Positions 29,168 through 37,963 are shown, numbered from the stretch's first letter. The stretch is DNA of 64,000 nucleotides from Acidimicrobiia bacterium (GCA_041611095.1 JBFINP010000009.1:1032-65031); one strand, 5' to 3'. Notes: generated by a model from the letters alone, not told the origin. Numbers and translations: made by a program.

Positions 29168-29662
29168 ATGGTGAAGTTCGCCGACGGTGCGGTGGTCGAG
29201 GTCGAAACGGACATCGTGGCGGCACCCGAAGCCGTCTGGCGACTCGTGACGGACATCAACGTCTCGGCCCGATTCCAGGAAGAGTTCCAGGGTGCCCAAT
29301 GGATCGACGAGGGCCCGGCGCTCGGAGCGAGGTTCCGGGGACGTAATGCCCGCCGCGGTCGGGAGTGGGAGACCACCTCGTGGGTGGTCGCCTACGAGCC
29401 CCAGCAAATGTTCGGTTGGGCGGTGAGCGACCCGGACAACCCTGGTGCCACCTGGACGTTCACACTCGAACCCCGAGATGCGGGCACCAGGCTTGTCTAC
29501 CGGCGCCGCCTCGGCCCCGGGCCGAGCGGGCTGACCCGGGTCATCGAGGCCGAACCGGAGCGGGAAGCGGAGTTCATCGCCCGCCGCAACGAGACCCACA
29601 GGCGCCACATGCAGGCTGTCGTCGACGGCATTCGCGGTCTCGCCGAGGGCGCCACCGGGTAG
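29168..29662 (+). CDS. SRPBCC (START/polyketide cyclase-like) family protein
   Basis: VETDIVAAPEAVWRLVTDINVSARF...WETTSWVVAYEPQQMFGW...GTRLVYRRRLGP has the typical SRPBCC layout. 164 aa. Confidence 0.7.
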   Translation: MVKFADGAVVEVETDIVAAPEAVWRLVTDINVSARFQEEFQGAQWIDEGPALGARFRGRNARRGREWETTSWVVAYEPQQMFGWAVSDPDNPGATWTFTLEPRDAGTRLVYRRRLGPGPSGLTRVIEAEPEREAEFIARRNETHRRHMQAVVDGIRGLAEGATG

Positions 29663-29833
29663 CTCCCCGTCTACCTGCGATCGCTCCCGACGGGATCGAA
29701 ACAAAAAGGGTCGCCCCGCCGTAGTCGTGGAACGCAGCCGGTTCGATGCTGGGGAGAGCACAGGAGCTCTCGTGAGCGTGTCGCCCAAACACCCGTCTTC
29801 GATGGTCTATGAGGATGAAGGCGCAGGAGAGGC

Positions 29834-30253
29834 ATGCGCGGTGTCGTGGCCACCGACCGGGAGTTCACTCGCTTCGTCAAAGAGACCGAGCCCCGTCTCT
29901 CCCTCGCGCTGGCCGCAGCCTACGGCGTGGAGGTAGGCGCCGAGACCACGGCCGACGCACTGGCGTGGGCCTGGGAGCACTGGGAGCAAGTGCGTTCGTG
30001 TCTCGACCAAGGAGGTCGTTGTGGACACCCTGCAGAGGAAACCATCAGAAGCGATCGACACACGGGTTCAGACGCTGGAGCGGAGAGGCCGCTGGCTGCT
30101 CGCCGCTTTGGCGCTCGTACTCGTGGCCGGCGCAGTCGCCATCGGCTGGCTGGTCGTCGAGAACCGCAGCCTGAGCTCGGATCTCGATGCAGCGGTGTAC
30201 CCGCTCGAGGCCGAGTTGACGGCTCGCGAGCAGCACATGATGGATGTCGTTGA
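29834..30253 (+). pseudogene. ECF-type sigma factor remnant (only region-2-like N-terminus retained)
   Basis: The first ~55 codons (DREFTRFVKETEPRLSLALAAAYGVEVGAETTADALAWAWEHWEQVRS) resemble ECF sigma region 2.1-2.2. The frame then becomes Arg/Gly-rich nonsense and overlaps the well-supported gene starting at 30021. No region 4 is present in any frame. Confidence 0.3.
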
Positions 30254-30542
30254 CCGCTACTGGGTCGCGTGGGAGGCGGATGACTTCGAAACCATCATGG
30301 AGATGTACTCGCCGACCGCAGTTCATGTGACGGCGGGAACCGCTTCGAGCAACGAGGACGGCCGCCTACGGCGGACACTGGAAGCGTGGCGAGACCTGGG
30401 CATCGCTGACATCGACGTCGTGCGGGTGTGGGTCGTCGGGAGCAACGCGTTCTCCCTGACCGACAACCCCTCGTGGGGTCTCATGGTCACTCAATTCACG
30501 TTCGGCAGCGGAGCCGAGCCGCTCATCGAGCGCACCGAGTAG
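30021..30542 (+). CDS. Membrane-anchored SnoaL/NTF2-like protein
   Basis: GTG start with GGAGG 6 nt upstream. One TM segment (WLLAALALVLVAGAVAIGWLVV) is followed by an NTF2-like domain (VVDRYWVAWEADDFETIMEMYSP). Confidence 0.65.
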   Translation: MDTLQRKPSEAIDTRVQTLERRGRWLLAALALVLVAGAVAIGWLVVENRSLSSDLDAAVYPLEAELTAREQHMMDVVDRYWVAWEADDFETIMEMYSPTAVHVTAGTASSNEDGRLRRTLEAWRDLGIADIDVVRVWVVGSNAFSLTDNPSWGLMVTQFTFGSGAEPLIERTE

Positions 30543-30558
30543 CGACCGCGGCAATCAA

Positions 30559-30588
30559 CAGGGCCCGCCGGTGGATCGGCGGGCCCTG
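30559..30588. terminator. Bidirectional hairpin between convergent genes
   Basis: CAGGGCCCGCCG-GTGGAT-CGGCGGGCCCTG (12-nt perfect arms). It lies between the stop at 30542 (+) and the stop at 30595 (-). Confidence 0.6.
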
Positions 30589-30594
30589 TCGCCA

Positions 30595-31587
30595 TTAGGC
30601 CAGCGCCGGCATCACCTTGCTGGCGAACAGCTCGAGGCTGCTCTGGTCGTAGGCGAGGTCCTGGAAGTAGACGATGGCGTAGTCCATGCCCGCCGCCTCC
30701 CATTCCATGAGATGCTCGATGATCTGATCCGGCGTCCCGACGATGCCGGCGCCCTTGACGTAGTTGTTGTCGAACATCTCGTCGACCTTGTCGGCACCCA
30801 CGACCGGCGTGAAGTGCTCTTTGACCCACGCAGATCGCTCGGCAACCTCGTCCTCGGTCTCGCCGATGACGATGTTGAAGTTTGACGTTCGCACGATGGC
30901 ATCGACGTCCCGGCCGACGTCCTTGCAGTGGTCGGCGAGGATCTCGCTCTTGCGCTCGAACTCGGCCAAGTCGTACCCGAAGTTGGTGTAGTCGGCGTAC
31001 TGCGCGGCGATGTTCAGCGTGATCTTCTCGCCGCCTCCCGCGATCCACATCGGGATCATCGGCTGCTGCACCGGCTTGGGCCGGCACAGGGCGCCGCCGA
31101 GCCGGTAGTGCTCGCCCTCGTAGTGGGCCTCGTCCTCGGTCCACATGAGGCGCATGATCTCGACGGCCTCACGTAACCGGGCGAGCCGCACCGAGCCCTT
31201 GCGGAACTCGTAGCCGTAGCCGTCGTACTCGTGCTCGTACCAGCCCGCGCCGATGCCCATCTCGAGCCGGCCGTTCGAAATGGCATCGATCGACGCCGCC
31301 ACCTTGGCCAGGTACGCCGGCGGGCGGTAGGAGTTGCAGGTGCACATCTGCCCGATCCGAACCGTGTCGGTGGTCGCTGCCAGCGCCGCCATCAGGGTCC
31401 ACGCCTCGTAGACGGGCTCCTGGGTCGGACGGGGAACCGGGTGGAAGTGGTCGTAGACCCATACCGACTCGAATCCGACGCGCTCTATCGCCCGAGCCGA
31501 GTCGAGGATGGTGGGCCAGTGCTGGTCGACCGGCAATCCCATGAGATCATGGCGCCAGCCTTGGGGGGTGAAAGCTCCGAAACGCAT
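30595..31587 (-). CDS. LLM-class (luciferase-like) F420-dependent oxidoreductase
   Basis: MRFGAFTPQGW...GFESVWVYDHF...MGIGAGW is typical of the F420-dependent LLM subfamily. 330 aa. Confidence 0.8.
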   Translation of the reverse strand: MRFGAFTPQGWRHDLMGLPVDQHWPTILDSARAIERVGFESVWVYDHFHPVPRPTQEPVYEAWTLMAALAATTDTVRIGQMCTCNSYRPPAYLAKVAASIDAISNGRLEMGIGAGWYEHEYDGYGYEFRKGSVRLARLREAVEIMRLMWTEDEAHYEGEHYRLGGALCRPKPVQQPMIPMWIAGGGEKITLNIAAQYADYTNFGYDLAEFERKSEILADHCKDVGRDVDAIVRTSNFNIVIGETEDEVAERSAWVKEHFTPVVGADKVDEMFDNNYVKGAGIVGTPDQIIEHLMEWEAAGMDYAIVYFQDLAYDQSSLELFASKVMPALA

Positions 31588-31616
31588 CGAAGGACCCTAC
31601 CGCCTCTAGACGCGTG

Positions 31617-31645
31617 AGCGCCCGGAGCAGATCGCTCCGGGCGCT
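31617..31645 (-). terminator. Strong hairpin between the halogenase-like gene and the LLM gene
   Basis: AGCGCCCGGAGC-AGATC-GCTCCGGGCGCT (12-nt perfect arms). It lies 19 nt after the stop at 31664 and 30 nt before the LLM start at 31587. Confidence 0.5.
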
Positions 31646-31663
31646 TCCCCGAGATCGAAGCCG

Positions 31664-32932
31664 TCAGTCGATCGGCATGTCGCTCAGATACTTCTTCCAC
31701 AGATGGCCGGGCGTGCTCTCGACGGTCTCGATGACCTCGCGCATCGCATCGAGCGCGGTGGCCTCCGACCGGTCGTACACATCGCCTTGGAGGAGGCGGA
31801 GCACCTGGATGCGGTATTCCTCCTTGTCGATGAAGTAGGTGAACATGTGGAGCAGTTTGTAGTAGAGCTTGATGAACTCGTACCAGACGCCCACGCCCTC
31901 CTTGAGCTTGGACTCGTAGGACTCGAAGGCGGCCCGCGTCCTGTCGCCGGATTCCAGCGCCTTGATGATCGCCTCGGAGGCGAACTTGGCGCTGTGCGCC
32001 GCCACGCTGACGCCCGACGAGAAGATCGGGTCGACGAACCGGGCGGCGTCGCCGATGAGCACGTAGCCGTCACCGGCGAACTGGCTCATCGAGTACGAGT
32101 AATCGGCTTCCGTCTTGAAGTCGTTGATCAGCGTCGCCTTGGCCATCGCCCGGGCGAAGTCGGGGCTGGATCCGACCATGTCCTGCCAGTACTCCTCGAG
32201 GCGGCCCCGGGACTGCTGGAAGACCTCCTTCTCGACGACGACCCCGATCGAGGTGATGGTGTCCGTGATCGGGATCTGCCAGCCCCAGCCGCGCTTGGCG
32301 TTGAGGAAGTAGATGTGGATGAAGTCCCAGGTGTCCGGGTTGGCGCTGCGGTCGACATCCTCGAACCACCCGTGGACCGCGAACTGGTTGAAGATCGGGT
32401 CCTTCTGGCGCAGGCGGAGCTGGGAGCCGAGAATGGCATTGCGGCCCGATGCGTCCACGACGATCTTGGCCGGGACGTCCACCTCGACGCCGGCGAGGGA
32501 GACCTTGACGCCAACCGCCCGGTCGCCGTCCATGAGAACCTCACGCACGTCGACGCCCTGATACACCTTCGAGCCGAGCGACTGGGCGTGCTGGAGGAGG
32601 CGTAGGTCGAACCGGCTGCGGTCCACGTGGTACGTGTAGTCCTGGTTGATCCCCTCCTGGGGGAACTCCTTGAACCAGATGGCGTACTCACCGGGGGCGT
32701 CGGTGCCGTGCCACGAGGCGCCGTACTTGTGGGGGAAGCGCTCTTCCTCCATGACCGGCAGGAAATCGATGTCCTCGAAGATCCGGGTCGTTGCGGTGAC
32801 CATGGACTCGCCCACGTGAGGCCGTGGATGCATGGCCTTCTCGAAGATCACGTTGTCGATGCCCGCCTTCGACAGGTAGGCCCCCAGGATCGACCCGGCC
32901 GGGCCTCCCCCGATGATCACGACATCCCCCAT
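31664..32932 (-). CDS. FAD-dependent oxidoreductase with flavin-dependent halogenase signature motifs
   Basis: GxGxxG (IIGGGPAGS). WxWxIP is present as GWGWQIP (codons 216-221, nt 32270..32287). The FxxPxxSxG-type motif is FVDPIFSSG. A Lys lies upstream of GES (EKAMHPRPHVGES). Confidence 0.65.
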   Translation of the reverse strand: MGDVVIIGGGPAGSILGAYLSKAGIDNVIFEKAMHPRPHVGESMVTATTRIFEDIDFLPVMEEERFPHKYGASWHGTDAPGEYAIWFKEFPQEGINQDYTYHVDRSRFDLRLLQHAQSLGSKVYQGVDVREVLMDGDRAVGVKVSLAGVEVDVPAKIVVDASGRNAILGSQLRLRQKDPIFNQFAVHGWFEDVDRSANPDTWDFIHIYFLNAKRGWGWQIPITDTITSIGVVVEKEVFQQSRGRLEEYWQDMVGSSPDFARAMAKATLINDFKTEADYSYSMSQFAGDGYVLIGDAARFVDPIFSSGVSVAAHSAKFASEAIIKALESGDRTRAAFESYESKLKEGVGVWYEFIKLYYKLLHMFTYFIDKEEYRIQVLRLLQGDVYDRSEATALDAMREVIETVESTPGHLWKKYLSDMPID

Positions 32933-33048
32933 TAGTCCCTCCTATGGAGCCGGCCGAGCGACCGGCGGTAAAGGCTGAATCAGCGTTCAGCAATGTACCG
33001 CTTTCCGTTTCGCAAACCAGATGACGGAGGGAATATGAGTCGGGCGAC

Positions 33049-33690
33049 TCAGACGATCCGGCGATCGCTCGCCCAACGCGCCAGCTCGTGGCGGCTGGAC
33101 AGCTGCAGCTTGCGGAGCACCGCCGACACGTGGGTCTCCACGGTCTTGATCGAGATCGACAGCCGTCTCGCCACCTGCTTGTAGGTGTAGCCGCGGGCGA
33201 TCTGACGCAGCACCTCCTGCTCCCGAGGGGTCAGCTGGTCCAACTCGGGATCGGACGGTCGCGGCATGGCCCCGGCGAAGGCGTCGAGAACGAACCCGGC
33301 CAGTCGGGGGGAGAACACGGCGTCGCCGTCGGCGGTGCGCCGGATGGCGTCGGCCAGCTCGTCCGGCCCGATCGACTTGGTCACATAGCCACGGGCGCCG
33401 GCGCGGATCATGGCGATCACGTCTTCGGGGGCGTCGGAGACGGACAGCGCGAGGAAGCGGATGTCGGGATGGGTCTCGGCGACGTTCTGAATGACCGCGA
33501 GCCCGCCGCCGCCAGGCATGTGAACGTCGATGAGGACCAGGTCCGGCTCGCTCTTGCGGATCGCTCCGATGGCGTCGTCGACGTCGGTCGCCGATCCGAC
33601 GATGTCGAAGCTGTCGTCGCCCGCCAGCTCGGTGCGGACGCCGGTGAGGAACAGCTCGTGGTCGTCGACGAGGAAGAGACGGATCGTCAC
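33049..33690 (-). CDS. NarL/LuxR-family response regulator
   Basis: ORF 33049..34296, start trimmed to GTG 33690, which overlaps the kinase stop (GTGA). Receiver motifs LVDDHELF and LVLIDVHMPGG. LuxR HTH LTPREQEVLRQIARGYTYKQVARRLSISIKTVETHV. Confidence 0.9.
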   Translation of the reverse strand: MTIRLFLVDDHELFLTGVRTELAGDDSFDIVGSATDVDDAIGAIRKSEPDLVLIDVHMPGGGGLAVIQNVAETHPDIRFLALSVSDAPEDVIAMIRAGARGYVTKSIGPDELADAIRRTADGDAVFSPRLAGFVLDAFAGAMPRPSDPELDQLTPREQEVLRQIARGYTYKQVARRLSISIKTVETHVSAVLRKLQLSSRHELARWASDRRIV

Positions 33691-34901
33691 GGCTGCTCCA
33701 GCGGCATCTCGAGGTGCACTTCGGTGCCTTCGCCCGCCTCGCTGTGGATCTCGGCCGCTCCGCCGTGGCGGGTCATCCGGCCGGCGATCGACTGGCGAAT
33801 GCCGTGGCGGTCGTCGGGGACCTCGTCCGGATCGAAGCCTCTGCCTTGATCGGTGACGAAGACGTCGAGCGATCCACCCACCGCTTCGGCGTAGACGGAC
33901 ACTCGGGGAGCGCCGGAGTGGCGGGCGGCGTTGTTCATGGCCTCGGCCGCCGCCTTGACGACGGCCTCGACCTCGTTGGTCACCGGGATGTCGTTCACCA
34001 CGACGACCTCGACCGGCACGTCGTGATCTTGCTCGACTCTCGTGGCCGCCTGCTCGAGAGCGCGCGAGAGACTGAGGCCGTCGGCCGAGGTGCCGGCGCC
34101 GTAGAGCCAGTTGCGCAGCTCGCGTTCCTGGGAACGGGCCAGGGTGACCATCTTGCGGGGGTCGTCGCTGCGCTGGATGAGGGCCAGCGTCTGCAAGACC
34201 GAGTCGTGGAGGTGGGCCGCCAGCTCGGATCGTTCCTCCGAGCGGATGCGGTCGCGCCTCTCCGAGGCGAGATCGCCGGCGAGCCGAACCACCCATGGTC
34301 CGAACACCAGCATGAACCCGGCGGCGGTTATGCCGACGGCGATGACGATGGGGCCGAGCTGGCGAAAGGCGTCGATGCTGCCCGAGAAGGTGGCGAGGCC
34401 TCCCAGCATGAGGACCGCACCAAAGATGACCCGGACATTGCTCGGAGCCGTCTCGGCGAGCACCGACCCGCCGGGCTGACGACGCTCGCTGCGGTCCCAG
34501 ATGGCGGCGATGCCGAAGGCTACGAGCAGCGCCGACCAGACGAGTCCGTCACCGAACCACAGGTCGACCCCACGAGCCGCAACCAGGGCGGCGAGGAGGA
34601 AGAGCGCCAGGCCCCCCTGACGGCGGCCGTCGAGGTCGCGCTCGACGGTTCGAGTCGGCGCTGCATCGCCGGCCAGCAGCCAAAGCACCACGTAGAGGAC
34701 CACGCCGATGCCGCCGGCGAACGTGAGCACAACGAAGGCGGCCCGCAGGTAAGGCGTGCCGACGTGGAGATGAGCGGCGAGCCCGGCGGCGACGCCGCTC
34801 ACGACACGCTCGTCCGAGCTGCGGACCAGTGACGTGCGCAGTCGCTGCCAGGCGGCCTTCTCGCGCCTGGTGTCGGGAGGTGTCGTCTCGATGTCGACCA
34901 C
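33687..34901 (-). CDS. PspC-domain sensor histidine kinase
   Basis: N-terminal PspC domain (VVSGVAAGLAAHLHVGTPYLRAAFVVLTFAGGIGVVLYVVLWLL), multiple TM segments, an H-box ELAAHLHDSVLQTL and an ATPase domain (NNAARHSG, VTDQGRGF). Confidence 0.85.
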   Translation of the reverse strand: MVDIETTPPDTRREKAAWQRLRTSLVRSSDERVVSGVAAGLAAHLHVGTPYLRAAFVVLTFAGGIGVVLYVVLWLLAGDAAPTRTVERDLDGRRQGGLALFLLAALVAARGVDLWFGDGLVWSALLVAFGIAAIWDRSERRQPGGSVLAETAPSNVRVIFGAVLMLGGLATFSGSIDAFRQLGPIVIAVGITAAGFMLVFGPWVVRLAGDLASERRDRIRSEERSELAAHLHDSVLQTLALIQRSDDPRKMVTLARSQERELRNWLYGAGTSADGLSLSRALEQAATRVEQDHDVPVEVVVVNDIPVTNEVEAVVKAAAEAMNNAARHSGAPRVSVYAEAVGGSLDVFVTDQGRGFDPDEVPDDRHGIRQSIAGRMTRHGGAAEIHSEAGEGTEVHLEMPLEQP

Positions 34902-34964
34902 GAGTCGATGTTGTCACAGGCCCGTTGTGCCCACAACCGGGGATGCCCCTGACCGGCAGCCTTA

Positions 34965-34985
34965 TCTCAGGGTCGTCTCAGGGTC
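34965..34985. promoter_or_regulatory. Tandem direct repeat TCTCAGGGTC-g-TCTCAGGGTC in the divergent PspC-module promoter region
   Basis: Read directly from the sequence. The period is 11 nt, and the repeat ends 44 nt upstream of ATG 35029. A separate 6-2-6 dyad, GTTGTGccCACAAC, lies at 34924..34937. These are candidate response-regulator sites. Confidence 0.4.
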
Positions 34986-35028
34986 ATACCCAATGGTGAT
35001 CGTCGCCCGCACCCGGCACGATGGCGGC

Positions 35029-36201
35029 ATGAACGACACGATGACTCCACCACGAACCCAGCCCGAGCTGGTCCGCCCCCATGACGGCCGGGTCATCGCC
35101 GGCGTCGCCTCCGCCGTGGCGAGAAGGCTGGACGTCGGCGTCGGCTGGATCCGGGTGGCGTTCGTCCTCGCCTCCTTCTTCGGCGGTCTCGGCATCCTGC
35201 TGTACATCGTCGGCTGGCTCACCATCCGCGACGAGCACGAGGTCACGCCCATCGCCGAACGCTGGGTGGGCGACCTCGAAGGAACGTCCGCCTGGGTCGG
35301 TATCGGCCTCATCGTCGTCGCCGGCTTGGTGCTGCTCAGCGCGACGAACCTCGTCAGGGGTGAGCTCGTGCTGGCGGCTGGACTGTTCCTCGCCGGCGTG
35401 CTGCTGTATCGGGGCCGGCTCCCGGGCCGCCTCGGGCAGGATGCCGACTCGGCACCGTTGCCGGAAACCGCTGCTTCGGCGTCGTCGACCGCAACAGAAG
35501 AACGGGTGTCCGGCACCATCGGGGGCGGTGCAGCTCCTCCTCCTGCTCCTCCCTTGGCCCAGCGTCCGATGCCGCCCCCGCCGGCACCGCCCGGACCGCC
35601 GTCCTACCTGGGACGCCTTGCGGTGGCGGCGTCGCTGCTCCTCCTCGGTGTGATGGGGTTGCTCGACAACCTCGACGTCATCCGACCGGGTCTCCGCCAC
35701 TACGTCGCCGGCGTCGTCCTCGTGCTCGGAATCGCCCTGCTCGTCGGCAGCTTCCTAGGGCGGGCGCGGGGGCTGATCGTGCTCGGTCTGTTTGCGATGC
35801 CCATTCTCTTCGTCTCGGCCGCGGTCCGGCTGCCGTTGAGCGGGGAGTGGGGCGATCGGGAGGTCCGACCGGCAGCATCTACTGAGCTTCAGTCGAGGTA
35901 TGAGCTGAGTGGCGGCCAGCTGGTGCTCGACCTGCGTGATCTTGCCGCCCTCACCGAGGACACCGCGGTGTCAGTCGACGTGGGGGTCGGGCAGATCAGG
36001 GTGGTCATTCCACCCGATGCTGCGTACGACGTCGCAGCCAGCGCCTCTGTCGGGATCGGGGCCGTGAACGTGCTCGGGGTCGACCACGGTGGGCTCGGAG
36101 TCGATCAAGAGATCTACCTCGGTCCCGATTCGGACGGACCGGATCTCCAGTTGCAGCTCGACGTGGGTCTCGGCGAGATCGTCGTCGAGGTCACCAATTG
36201 A
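35029..36201 (+). CDS. PspC-domain membrane protein with LiaF-like C-terminal region
   Basis: ORF 34834..36201, start trimmed to ATG 35029. PspC domain RVIAGVASAVARRLDVGVGWIRVAFVLASFFGGLGILLYIVGWL, then a Pro-rich linker, TM segments and a beta-rich C-terminus. It is divergent from the PspC kinase. Confidence 0.8.
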   Translation: MNDTMTPPRTQPELVRPHDGRVIAGVASAVARRLDVGVGWIRVAFVLASFFGGLGILLYIVGWLTIRDEHEVTPIAERWVGDLEGTSAWVGIGLIVVAGLVLLSATNLVRGELVLAAGLFLAGVLLYRGRLPGRLGQDADSAPLPETAASASSTATEERVSGTIGGGAAPPPAPPLAQRPMPPPPAPPGPPSYLGRLAVAASLLLLGVMGLLDNLDVIRPGLRHYVAGVVLVLGIALLVGSFLGRARGLIVLGLFAMPILFVSAAVRLPLSGEWGDREVRPAASTELQSRYELSGGQLVLDLRDLAALTEDTAVSVDVGVGQIRVVIPPDAAYDVAASASVGIGAVNVLGVDHGGLGVDQEIYLGPDSDGPDLQLQLDVGLGEIVVEVTN

Positions 36202-36215
36202 GGAAGGATTCGCTC

Positions 36216-36512
36216 GTGCAACGCCACAGCTTCGACGTCATCTCGTTCCTCTTCGGTGCGGCGTTCGTCGTCGCCGCCACATGGGTGCTCGTCACCGACG
36301 GCAACCTGGACCTCGTCGACGGTAGATGGGTGTGGCCCGGTCTTCTCCTGCTCGGGGGAGTGTTGCTCCTTGCCTCCATCGTGACGAAGCCGAAGTCGAA
36401 CCCGTCGCCCTTCCTCGAGGCGTCGGACTCCGGGGACGCCGACGAGGCAGCTCGTATCGAAGAGGCCAAGGCCGAGCTACCGGAGGACCCGTTCAGTCGA
36501 CGGGGATCTTGA
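36216..36512 (+). CDS. small membrane protein downstream of the PspC/LiaF-like gene
   Basis: GTG 36216 with GAGGAAGG upstream; the ORF track starts at TTG 36198. Two TM segments (FDVISFLFGAAFVVAATWVLV, WPGLLLLGGVLLLASIV) and an acidic tail. Confidence 0.6.
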   Translation: MQRHSFDVISFLFGAAFVVAATWVLVTDGNLDLVDGRWVWPGLLLLGGVLLLASIVTKPKSNPSPFLEASDSGDADEAARIEEAKAELPEDPFSRRGS

Positions 36513-37137
36513 CCCGGCGGCCTGGAGTCGTCGGATCGGCGCCTTCGCCGTCGTCCTCGCCGAGTATCGACTGAACGAGGGTGGCGGCGACGAGAATCGT
36601 GTCGTAGAGCGTGGTCTGGGCCCGCGACGGGTCGAGGTGGGTCAGCAGCTCGATCCCGAGAAACAGCGACGCAACGGCGTAGGCGAGATCGTCGATGGGC
36701 ACGAGGCCGGCGAAGGGCGTGTCGGCCGCCACCGCCTCGAGCGTCTCCTTCACCACGTCGATCCAGGGATCGAACGCGTCGCGCAGGCGGGTCCCCATCT
36801 CGTCGTTGCCGGCGGCCCCCGCCATGAGCTGGGTGAGCACCGTGAGGTTGCCCTCGGCGAGATCCTCGGCGTGGAGCTCGGCGGCGACCTCGGCGAGCTC
36901 GGGGAGGGTGCGGATGCCCGCCAGCTTCTGCCGGTAGCGCTCGATGCGCTGCTCGCTCGTGTGGTAGATCGTGGCGACCAGCACCTCCTCGATGCTCCCG
37001 AAGTGGTAGAAGATCAAGGCCTGGTTGAAGCCTCCGTGGCGGGCGATGGCGCGGGCGCTCGTGCCCGTGATGCCCTCCTCCTTGAGGGTCGCCACCGTGG
37101 CTTCGATAATCTTGGTTCGCGTGTCCTCGCCGGTCAT
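36493..37137 (-). CDS. TetR family transcriptional regulator
   Basis: ORF 36493..37263, start trimmed to ATG 37137. HTH IIEATVATLKEEGITGTSARAIARHGGFNQALIFYHFGS. It is the last gene of a tightly spaced minus-strand cluster. Confidence 0.85.
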   Translation of the reverse strand: MTGEDTRTKIIEATVATLKEEGITGTSARAIARHGGFNQALIFYHFGSIEEVLVATIYHTSEQRIERYRQKLAGIRTLPELAEVAAELHAEDLAEGNLTVLTQLMAGAAGNDEMGTRLRDAFDPWIDVVKETLEAVAADTPFAGLVPIDDLAYAVASLFLGIELLTHLDPSRAQTTLYDTILVAATLVQSILGEDDGEGADPTTPGRRVKIPVD

Positions 37138-37144
37138 CGGGGCC

Positions 37145-37543
37145 TCAGGCGTCGATCGTGTGGAGGCAGTCCTCGCACTTGGGTGGGCCCAGTATCGCTC
37201 CGATGGCGGCGCGGTGGGTGGACACTCGCTTGAAGAGGGCGGCGGCCAGCCCGGAGAGTCCACGACGCGACAATCGCATCGCCCACGGCCGCCAGCGGCG
37301 GAGCGCCCACAGGCACATGAGAAACCCGTCGGGCGCTCCCCACCACACCCGCCCGTCGTCGGCGACCACGACCAGTTCGTCGCCGAGCTCGCGGATCCTG
37401 CCGAATCGGCGCATCGCCGCCGGCGAACCGGCGGCGAGCACCTCGATCGGGACGTATGCGGGTTGCAGGGTGAGCCAGTGGGCCGACCGCCTGCACAGGT
37501 TGCAGTTCTCGTCGTAGAGGACGGTGAGTGCGGCCGGATACAT
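37145..37543 (-). CDS. DCC-family thiol-disulfide oxidoreductase (DUF393)
   Basis: ORF 37145..37891, start trimmed to ATG 37543. The N-terminal LYDENCNLCRRS carries the DxxCxxC motif. 132 aa. Confidence 0.75.
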   Translation of the reverse strand: MYPAALTVLYDENCNLCRRSAHWLTLQPAYVPIEVLAAGSPAAMRRFGRIRELGDELVVVADDGRVWWGAPDGFLMCLWALRRWRPWAMRLSRRGLSGLAAALFKRVSTHRAAIGAILGPPKCEDCLHTIDA

Positions 37544-37545
37544 GC

Positions 37546-37959
37546 TCAGGCTCCGCTGTCGGGGTCGGCGAGCACGGCGCGGTGGAGGACGGGCGGGGGA
37601 GCGGCGTCGATCTGGCGTCGTTGCCTGATCTTCCAGAACACGTACATGTTCACGAAGTGGATGACGCCGAGGCTCAACAGCAGGATGCCCAGCTTGCGGA
37701 TCAGCAGCTCGCTGGCCGCCACCGAGTCCTCGGGCCGCTCGCCCGGCAGCAATAGCAGGGCATAGCCGAGGTTGAGCATGTAGAAGCCGATCACCAGCAG
37801 CCGGTTGACGGCGTGAGCCATCTCCGGCCGGTCGTCGAAGACGTCGGCGAGGAACACCTCCCCGTTGCGGAACAGGGTCCTGGCCAGCCATACGACGAGC
37901 GAGACCGCCGCCACACCGTAGATCACATAGACGGTGAGCAGAGCCGCCGTCGTGTCCAT
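37546..37959 (-). CDS. integral membrane protein, unknown family
   Basis: ORF 37546..38268, start trimmed to ATG 37959 (GGAGGTGA upstream). There are 4 hydrophobic segments (LLTVYVIYGVAAVSLVVWL, LLVIGFYMLNLGYALLLL, GILLLSLGVIHFVNMYVFW). Confidence 0.65.
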   Translation of the reverse strand: MDTTAALLTVYVIYGVAAVSLVVWLARTLFRNGEVFLADVFDDRPEMAHAVNRLLVIGFYMLNLGYALLLLPGERPEDSVAASELLIRKLGILLLSLGVIHFVNMYVFWKIRQRRQIDAAPPPVLHRAVLADPDSGA

Positions 37960-37963
37960 CAGG

